41,208 nt of DNA from Macrostomum lignano (Eukaryota), in the NCBI GenBank assembly GCA_002269645.1, contig NIVC01004589.1:1-41208 (forward strand), read 5' to 3'. The translations under genes were made by a program, and so were the position numbers. Shown here in pieces: positions 33,264-41,208 of the stretch. The notes below the pieces were generated by a model, which did no database searches, was not told the origin of the DNA, and was given only the letters and a program-made list of their open reading frames with translations. The stretch's first letter is position 1; every line of letters begins with the position of its first letter.

Positions 33264-33568
33264 ATAATAATAATAATAGTAATAGTAATTATTCATTACA
33301 CGGGTACCTGTCCCAATTGGGACAGATGTGCAACCGACAGCTCAGCCGCAGCGGTCGTTTAATCCAAGGACGCCACAAGAGGTCGCCACACCCGCCCTCA
33401 ATTACCCCAGCTAATGCTGGCACCCAATTTTACAGCTGCATGGGTGAACTGAAGCAATGCAGAGTTTAAGTGTCTTGCTCAAGCACACAATTTTTCCAGT
33501 GGGATCGTGAATCGAACCCCGACCTTCCAAGTCATGAGTCCGACGCTCTAACCACAAGTATAGGCTAC
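33264..33568 (-). mobile_element. tRNA-derived CORE-type SINE with (TAT)n-like tail
   Basis: Minus strand: GTGGTTAGAGCGTCGGACTCATGA..GGTCGGGGTTCGATTC head; TGTGTGCTTGAGCAAGACACTTAAACTC..TCAGTT..CTGTAAAATTGGG resembles the MIR CORE; ends in TATTACTATTATTATTAT. Confidence 0.78.
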
Positions 33569-34447
33569 AACCTTAACTAACTACAAAGTATTGCTACAAA
33601 GTAGGTTGTTAGCTAATAATGTATCATATCAATGGCTTAGAAATAACAACAAAACAGATACCGAAAACTTCTGACATGAAAAAAAAATAGTTCAGTATAC
33701 AAACTGTGTATGCTCTAAGGAAGGAAATTTAGCTATAGCTAATAAAATTATGAAAGGTAGAAAATTACCCAATCAACTTCGAATTCGACGAAGTGAGTGA
33801 AATTCGTCAATTAAGATAGGAAGGAAGAGCGTGTCAATGACAAAAAGCTGAGCAAAGTGACTTCAAACTCGACGAAATAATCTTGAACTTTTGTCCCTAC
33901 AGCCAGTTTGTAAACTTTTCCCCCTCTCGTCCATATTTTCTGCCACTTTCGCAATCCTTCTAAACATTTTACATTTACATTAACATTTAATACTCGTAGC
34001 TTTGAGCATGCCCACAGATAATAAATACCAGGTATTTAGTATCTGTGGAGCATGCCTGACGAATTCGAAGTTGAAAAGGTATACATAGTAGAACGTTGAA
34101 TAGATTTTATATCAATTTCTATTGCTCTGCTCTGCAGAAGATGTTTTATCAAACTAGCTCGTATTTGTGATTGAGAAAGAAAACAGGATTTGTGTTACAA
34201 TAGTTTTTCTGACGATCGCAAGTTAGTAGAGTAGAGTATTTCAGGGAGAGTAAGCTCTTTTCCATACACCTGAGGTTCTTCCATAGACAATTGTCCATAG
34301 ACCACTGAAGTTAGTTGAGTGGTCTTACTACGAGCGTATTGCCAAAGTGCTGTTTATAAAGATTAGTGGGTTAGTGTTCGAACAGGGCCGGTGGAGGGGG
34401 GGTTGCTACTTTAGATATATTAGAAGTGTTCGAATCAAAACCGTCAC

Positions 34448-34535
34448 TCAGAGCTTGGTGCTGTTGCCAACAGAATCTTCGGCCAGTCCAGCTTCGTTTT
34501 CTTTGCTCTCTTCCGTCCAACCGGCTGAGCCAGTC
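34448..34535 (-). CDS. SLC22-type transporter, predicted last coding exon
   Basis: Strong acceptor tcttctgtttgtttcAG|G; phase 2 gives (R)TGSAGWTEESKENEAGLAEDSVGNSTKL-TGA. Confidence 0.68.
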
Positions 34536-34839
34536 CTGAAACAAACAGAAGAGATGCGTTTCCGCTAGTTAGCATTGTGCAAACCTCAATATTGGGTACT
34601 ACATTGCTCCCTATAGTGTACCAGCTCATTTATTCGAGTACTTGTTTTGGCAATCAGCGGGTGCTTCAAATTATCGTTTCAAGTTTGCATAAAACAGATG
34701 CACTAAAGCATTTAATGTGCCAATTACACTAATCTCCGACTCGGAGCTATTGAGACATTATGTACACAGTTGGTCATCAATCCATGTGAATCATCTCAGT
34801 CTCAGAGTGACTAGCTACTCGTATGCACTCGAGAGTTAG

Positions 34840-35389
34840 ATCGGGCACAGATCGTGGGTTACGTCGGTCGCAGATGGTGCGTTAGCTACATCGGGCACAG
34901 ATCGTGAGTTTCATTGGTCGCAGATGATGTGTTAGCTACATCGGGCACAGATCGTGAGAGTTTCATTGGTCGCAGATGATGTGTTAGCTACATCGGACAC
35001 AGATCGTGAGAGTTTCATTAGTCGCAGATTATGTGTTAGCTACATCGGGCACAGATCGTGAGAGTTTCATTGGTCGCAGATGATGTGTTAGCTACATCGG
35101 GCACAGATCGTGAGAGTTTCATTGGTCGCAGATGATGTGTTAGCTACATCGGGCACAGATCGTGAGAGTTTCATTGGTCGCAGATGATGTGTTAGCTACA
35201 TCGGGCACAGATCGTGAGAGTTTCATTGGTCGCAGATGATGTGTTAGCTACATCGGGCACAGATCGTGAGAGTTTCATTGGTCGCAGATGATGTGTTAGC
35301 TACATCGGGCACAGATCATGAGTTTCATTGGTCGCAGATGATGTGTTAGCTACATCGGGCACAGATCGTAAGTTTCATTGGTCGCAGAT
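34840..35389. repeat. Intronic tandem array, 52 bp unit, ~10.5 copies
   Basis: Unit atcgggcacagatcgtgagagtttcattggtcgcagatgatgtgttagctac. Confidence 0.96.
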
Positions 35390-35635
35390 TGTGCTACAGC
35401 GGATATAGAGTGTCACTTTTTTTCAAATGAGACGTTTCTGGTGCCGAAATTCATAAACTATGCCCACTTTGGGACTTAGAGTTCAAGATAAATACACAAG
35501 TCAAAGATTACTTCAAATCCTAACTTCTTTCTGTCTAGAAAAGTTGAATGTTTTTGCTTAATTTTGAAGCACCCGCTTTAACAAATTTTTCTAAAAACAG
35601 TATTCGACGGTTTCTCTTTGCAAATTGAGCGGCAC

Positions 35636-35784
35636 CTGATGGAGATCATTTGCTCCAGCGAATCTGGCAGCTTTCTGTTCCCAGTCTCTGGCACGAACAT
35701 CGCCAGCAAGACGGCCGCTACAGAGATTGAGACGAAAATGGAATACGCCAGCACCGTGCCAGCCTTGCCAGGGACAAAGTTTTG
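35636..35784 (-). CDS. SLC22-type transporter exon (TM12, PET motif)
   Basis: ttttAG|CAA..; QNFVPGKAGTVLAYSIFVSISVAAVLLAMFVPETGNRKLPDSLEQMISI, ending AG|GTGCCG. Confidence 0.82.
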
Positions 35785-35934
35785 CTAAAACGTGATGCGA
35801 AACGAGTGAACGAGTGGCGGCCACGGCGAGTATTTTTAAATAGCGAAGAAAGCAATGGCAAGGTCAGGCGGAAAACGTGGGACGCATGTACATGTAGAAG
35901 AGTCGGGGGTAATTTGGGCAGTAGCTATACTTAC

Positions 35935-36116
35935 AATATCAGCAAGGGCCGGAGCGAACAGTGTGCCAATTCTGGCGCACATTGAGCTTGTTGAGACGCC
36001 GATATTTCGAATGCTAGTCGGGTAGAGCTCAGCCGTCCACAGGTAAATTACACCAAAGGCTGTGGTGTTGAACAGCTTGCCAAGCATTGATAGGGTGATG
36101 ATCAACCAGGAGAGAT
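35935..36116 (-). CDS. SLC22-type transporter exon (TM10-11)
   Basis: tacAG|AT..ATT|GTAAGT; DLSWLIITLSMLGKLFNTTAFGVIYLWTAELYPTSIRNIGVSTSSMCARIGTLFAPALADI. Confidence 0.93.
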
Positions 36117-36457
36117 CTGTATTAGTTAATGAGCAGGTATAAAAAGCCTAGAATACAATTTGTGCTACACTGTACCATGCAAAATAATGGAACTTTTGAA
36201 TAGGATAGTGTAAATGGAGACTGCACCGTAAGAAACAACTGAAGTAAGAAAGCCTAACTTAGAACACTACTGGGATTAAATGTACACCATTTTGCAAGCG
36301 TCGACAGGCGCCCAAACTCCCTCATTCGGCCGGCCCGGAAACGCTTTCCAAGCTCCGCGGCTCTTCAGCCTGTGGGCAAAAAGGAACTCCGGACGGGAGG
36401 CAACAAGCAACGGAGAAGCGAGCCCGAATAAGCGCAAATGGCTGATTTGAGACTTAC

Positions 36458-36681
36458 CGGGAGCCAGTAGTACTACAAGCAACAGTCCGAAAAGTGACAC
36501 GGCCGACAAGCTGTTGAAGGCGACGCAGACAACTTTGCGGCCTAGTCGGTTGACGGTAGCATGGCCGAGGATATAGGCCGGGAATTCCACCATAGCGGTC
36601 AGCAGAGAGGTGAGAAAAATGCTGCCAGGCAGGGTGCCGGAGCCCATTATGAGACCGTAGTAAACCAGGGCTATGGAGAAC
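36458..36681 (-). CDS. SLC22-type transporter exon (TM7-9)
   Basis: ctcAG|G..CCCG|GTAAGT; (W)FSIALVYYGLIMGSGTLPGSIFLTSLLTAMVEFPAYILGHATVNRLGRK.. Confidence 0.93.
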
Positions 36682-36933
36682 CTGAGGGGGCGGCGGATTG
36701 GATGACAAACAATAATATGAAGCGGTGAAGTTCACTTCTAGCTCGAAATTAGAAGTGTTTCATAGAACAATCCTACAATCATAGAACAGTCCTGCAATCA
36801 TAGAACAATCCGGCGGCTCTTAGAAGCCTCTGATTTACTTTTAGGAAGAATTTCTCTTCAATAGATTTCACAGCATTGAATACTTTCTACACCGCAGGTG
36901 GGCTAATTACAACCTAAAGACCGCTGAGCTCAC

Positions 36934-37368
36934 CAGTTGAAGCAGATGATGCAGTACTCGGCCAGCAGCCTAGGAGCCTGGCAGATCAGCTGGCGAGCCG
37001 CTACGGCAGCAGCTCGGAAGCGATGTCGCCACCTGGGCTCCGATCGCTGGCCACTGCCGTCGTCAACGCGAACCGCAGCACAATCCGTCGACGCTTCCGT
37101 TAACGAGGGCGTCACCTTCTCGGTGCTTCTGCCGCCACCGCCGCCATTGTCGGGACCGTCTCCTTCTAGCACGGAGTCGAGCTCGCGACCAATGTCAACA
37201 GTAGCCCGATTGAGCCGGGCCATCCGCCTGATGACGTCGCGGGCTTCGTTGACGCGGCCTTTGTGCAACAGCCAGCGCGGCGACTCCGGCACAACGGCCG
37301 GCGGCAGGGAGGCCACCAGCACCAGCAGCACAGGAGCGGAGAGGACCAACTGCAGGTGACGCCAGTCG
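36934..37368 (-). CDS. SLC22-type transporter exon (TM6 and large cytoplasmic loop)
   Basis: tgtacAG|C..AACTG|GTGAG; (H)DWRHLQLVLSAP..VPESPRWLLHKGRVNEARDVIRRMARLN..EYCIICFN; PESPRWL signature. Confidence 0.94.
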
Positions 37369-37647
37369 CTGTACAAAAAACATTAGAGCAGACTTGTTTG
37401 AGTTAGTAGTGTGAATCTGAACACCCATAATAAAACATAATAATGACTTGAAACGCGCTGCCAGCATTCTTGGTTTCCTGCACTACAGTCTGAACCAACT
37501 GTGAAGACAACAACAGAAAAAAGCACAATAAAAGGAAAAGCCCAACTCCTTCAGTAAAGAATGAGCTCTGTCATTATGACGCTTTATCTCAAAAATATAA
37601 AATTTGATTGCATCAATCTTGTAGTCATGGTGTTGGATATACATGTA

Positions 37648-37890
37648 GGGCAGCAGAGTGGCTCAATCGTCAACGCACCTCTGACTCCCTTTTCAAGATA
37701 CAGAGGTACCCGGGACACGTTAATTAGGGCTCGTGCATTAAAGTCGTGTCATTCTCGCCATTGAGGGTCAACCACAGTGAGTGCATGCCCAGGTACGTAT
37801 CCGTGTGTGCTCAGGGGTCAGCGGAATGGGCCTGACTGCTGGCCTCCTCGCCTTCTCTGCTTTGCGGCAGAGCTCGCTGCCCAACGTGAT
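37648..37890 (+). mobile_element. Degenerate SINE related to family A
   Basis: GGCAGCAGAGTGGCTCAATCG A-box-like head; GTACGTATCCGTGTGTGCTCAGGGGTCAGCGGAATGGGC..CCTCCTCGCC resembles the 3' body of the copies at 3589 and 4905. Confidence 0.45.
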
Positions 37891-37908
37891 CTAAGCAGCC
37901 CAACTCAC

Positions 37909-38169
37909 TGAATCAGATAAGCCAGGCCGGCCACCGCGCACGAGCCCAGCGTCCAAAAGTACTCAATCGCCATGCCGGTGTGGAAGCGAGCCTCCGGGCC
38001 CACAATCTCCGTGCCGATGACGAAGCTAACAGTGAACGCTCCCATCGCGCCGAAGCCGATGAAGAATCTGGTCAAGGCCATGGCAACTGGCGACTGGCAG
38101 AATGCGGAGCCCAGCGCGGCTGAGCCGTACAGGCAGAGGCATGCGATGAGGCAGCGGCGCCGGCCCAGC
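37909..38169 (-). CDS. SLC22-type transporter exon (TM3-5)
   Basis: tttgatAG|G..ATTCA|GTGAGT; (L)LGRRRCLIACLCLYGSAALGSAF..TRFFIGFGAMGAFTVSFVIGTEIVGPEARFHTG..AYLI. Confidence 0.93.
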
Positions 38170-39132
38170 CTATCAAAAGCGAGCGTCGTTGAGAGCGCTT
38201 AAGACAAATTGTATTGCATACTCGATACACTAATTAATGATTGCGTGCCATTACAAACGTGTTATAATTTTTCTCCAGAGACGTGAATGATTTAATTTAA
38301 CCAGTTGTGCTCTGCACCTTTGTCCTTATAAATTATTATTTATATTATTCATGCAAAATAATATGCTCCTGAATTCCTATGTGAATGCGTTTTGAGATTA
38401 CTATAAAAATGAGTAAAACTGGTTTAATACAAGCACGAGCAAGTACGAGCCTGGACATTTTTGGACAAGTCAACCAAACTTAACTAATAAGTTTCTGGTC
38501 GCTGAAACGTAATGTACTCCGTGAATACTACTCAATAACGTGTAATGAAGTAGAAGGACGTTACACTCCGCAAGTCGTTCGAATTACACTAGAGGGGGGT
38601 TTTAGCTGTAAAATTCAATGGCGAGATAGGAAGTTGTCAGTTGTTTAGCATTCATAAACTGACTATAACTCTCCTGGACTGCTCAAGTAGAAGAACGGGA
38701 AACTATACGCTTCTTGGAACAATTTTTTGGACGCAGGTTCTACCGTAAAAAAAGTACAAACATTACGGAGATATGAAGTTTTAATTTTTTCTCCTATCAA
38801 AAGATAAAAATTGGGTCTGCCTTTTATCAAAAGCAACGACAATTTTTGTACTGAAGAAATGAAATTCTCCATTCTCCGTAATGTTTAGAACCACTTCCGA
38901 AGCAAGCAGACACTTGCTTCATTTTTCAAACCGGAAGTCCTGAAGGGAAGATATTGCGAATTTAGCGCTAAACAACAGTGAACTCCCTATCTCACTAGAG
39001 AATTTAGCAGCGACAACCGGCCTTTGCACCGCAACTTTTACGACCTGCGAGTGTGACGTCATTCTAATTAGCTTACACTCAGTTATCTACATGTTGAGCT
39101 CCCCAAAACTACTTCGCACTCCAGCAGCTCAC

Positions 39133-39236
39133 AAGTCGGATAAGAATCCGGTCACAAAGACTCCGACCATGAACCCGGCGAAGGTGCAGGTCTTGATCCA
39201 CGTGCCGACCAGAGCGTTTTTGCAGACCAGATTGAA
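39133..39236 (-). CDS. SLC22-type transporter exon (FNLVC and TM2)
   Basis: ttccAG|TTC..GACTT|GTGAG; FNLVCKNALVGTWIKTCTFAGFMVGVFVTGFLSD. Confidence 0.92.
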
Positions 39237-39429
39237 CTGGAATTTTTTTTCGTTTTTAAATGCGCGCAAATGCTAGGGTTAAAGGAGAAGAAGATCTCGC
39301 TGCGAGGATCGGGGCTGGAAGTTTCGAGAAGGAGCGAATTACGCTAGATAGTACTCATAGTAGGCACCGTGGTGATTTTGCTGCTGAAGAATTAATTGAG
39401 CTCAATCAAGTGTCAGAAAATATATTCGA

Positions 39430-39788
39430 ATGAGAGCTGTGGGCACCTGGCACGACGCTTTCAGCGACAGCGTCCCACAGCCGGTGCTGAGTCAATTCTA
39501 CCAATTCTGCTGACTCCTGAACACATACAAGCGCGTAGATACTGTAGGCAGCCACACAATCGTACACACGCTCACACAGGGTGTACATCGGCCCTGACTT
39601 TCTAATCGTCAGGCATGTACACCCTCTGTGCCTTGGGGAGCTGGCCCTCGTGGCTGTGAACTGCACGTCAACCCCACCTGCCAATTTTGTGCACACACGC
39701 TCCAAAATGAATGTGTCTATGCGGAGAATCGAACCAAGGGTCGCGGCGCGAGTGTCAGACACGCGTTTACCCTCAGAGGCAGAGGGGG
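39430..39788 (-). mobile_element. tRNA-derived SINE sharing the family A central domain, with a different head
   Basis: Minus strand: GAGGGTAAACGCG..CTTGGTTCGATTCTCCG head, then CCAAGGCACAG..GTGTACATGCCTGACGATTAGAAAGTCAGGGCCGATGTACACCCTGTGTGAGCGTGTG. Boundaries approximate. Confidence 0.72.
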
Positions 39789-40177
39789 TTGCACACCCTT
39801 ATCTCATGACCTTGGACTCAAATTTTTTCCTACAGAATCTTCTCGAAAGCTAAAAATTTAAAGTTCTAACGTCAGTGTTTACTTTTAGACCTTTAGACAA
39901 GACACTACTATTAAAAGCTTGGGGAAAATACTATCGTAAAAAACCTCCGACACTACTTTAAGAGCCTCGGATACCACTAGTAACTCATCGGACACCGCTA
40001 TTAACGCTCACCGACATCACTGTTCGAACATCAGACATAAAATTTAGGCCCGCATAAAGCCCTTCGGTATGAATGGTAAAAAGTTATGCAGCTTCGGCAT
40101 GTAGATGTAAATGGGCTTCACACAGTGTGTGATCGAACGCTTTTCAGGTCAATAGCACAGATAGCAATAAAATACGA

Positions 40178-40578
40178 GATGGGCCACTCAGGCATATACT
40201 TTGTAAAACAGCTTCTACTTTCAGTTCAGTAGCAAAGAAGAATACATAAGCTATTTTATAAAAATAAAGCCAGCTGAAATGACTTTGATAAGTTTAGAAG
40301 CCCAAGCTTGCAGGCGTAAACAACTTGCTAATTGGTTCAGCAATAATGTACATTAGCCAGTCCACTGAAATGTACATGGCAGCTTTAGGCTGGAATTCCG
40401 AGAAAGGCAATAAAATATTAGGGTGCGGAGGGGTAGTGTGGAAAGGCGCGTTGGAGGGTTTAAGCTGGGGGTAAGAGCCAATAAATAAGCCTTGGCTTTA
40501 AAAATACATTAAAATGCTTCTGTTTAACTTGCTACTGAACTGAAAGTAGCTTACACGCAAATGTGCTGAGTGGCCATT
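40178..40578. mobile_element. MITE-like foldback element, ~400 bp, in an SLC22 intron
   Basis: Perfect 21 bp inverted repeat CTACTTTCAGTTCAGTAGCAA (40215-40235) / TTGCTACTGAACTGAAAGTAG (40529-40549), plus an outer GGCCACTCAG / CTGAGTGGCC pair; no TSD identified. Confidence 0.55.
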
Positions 40579-40785
40579 CAGTTATTTTTGTATCTGTAGT
40601 CAATAGCTAGCTGTCCTGCTGATCGAGCGAAATATTAAAAGGCTCTTCGTACATAAAACGAATTGCTATCAATGCTAGATCCGATACATATACCAACTGA
40701 CTTTGGAAAGCAAGGGTTTGTGGTATGGAGGCCCATTGCTAGCTAAATACAAGCTTATGAGTAGGTGTTTCAAAACAATCAGTAC

Positions 40786-40950
40786 CTCAGTGACGAAGGT
40801 ACTGGCGAACTCGGTCTGGTCGTAAATCCATTCGTGACAGGCTGGTCCAGTCTCGTTGCCATAGCTACACTTGCCGATTGACTCGAGATTCTGGGCTACC
40901 GACTCATTCAAAGTGGAGCGATGGAACCGATGCCCGACTGCGGGCGGCAT
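40786..40950 (-). CDS. SLC22-type transporter exon (end of the large extracellular loop); further exons lie outside the window
   Basis: tttcAG|ATG..GAG|GTACTG, 165 nt; ..GKCSYGNETGPACHEWIYDQTEFASTFVTE joins FNLVC to form the SLC22 CxxWxYDxxxFxSTxVTEFNLVC signature. Confidence 0.9.
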
Positions 40951-41208
40951 CTGAAACCCAGTTTTTTTAGTGCTTGACTTTACAAATAAATTTAACTAAC
41001 AATAGCCTCAAATGGTACTGTTTAGTAGCACGTCAGAAATTTAATATCTAAAATTTAAGGCGGTGTTGCTGAGACGCCAAGTCTCGATTGGGGAATGCTG
41101 AAAAACTACGGCTTGAGCTTTAGGATAGCTGGCTAACTACCAAGGCTAATATAATAATAGGGTTATTGTTGATTGCTAAAGCCCTCTGGCATTTTAGGGA
41201 TTTTTAGG

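Overview
Repeat-rich animal (invertebrate) genomic DNA; the host cannot be identified with certainty, and the resemblance to the flatworm Macrostomum is an impression only. Host genes: the last five exons of a polycystin (PKD1-like) channel gene (+, 183-4242; the first visible exon has four -1 frameshifts), an intronless RPS11 (-, 6087-6533), an intronless minimal WW+BAG co-chaperone (-, 20727-21251) and eight exons of an SLC22-type transporter (-, 34448-40950; N-terminus outside the window). Mobile DNA: a 9.36 kb head-to-tail pair of diverged non-autonomous Helentron/HINE-like elements (7172-16535) inserted cleanly at a CTAG|T site inside a higher-order repeat, carrying hairpin minisatellites and paired RFX X-boxes; an intact, apparently young Ty3/Gypsy element with 141 bp LTRs but no target-site duplication (22505-27036); a decayed mariner whose left TIR is split by an 865 bp hAT MITE; a CORE-type SINE; and a second tRNA-SINE family whose central hairpin shows a compensatory base change. 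Unrelated tandem arrays of 17, 22, 23, 29, 45, ~52, 52 and ~90 bp units fill introns and intergenic space. The most unusual feature is the CTAG-targeting rolling-circle-like element, whose insertion recreates its own target site. All coordinates and counts were read by eye.
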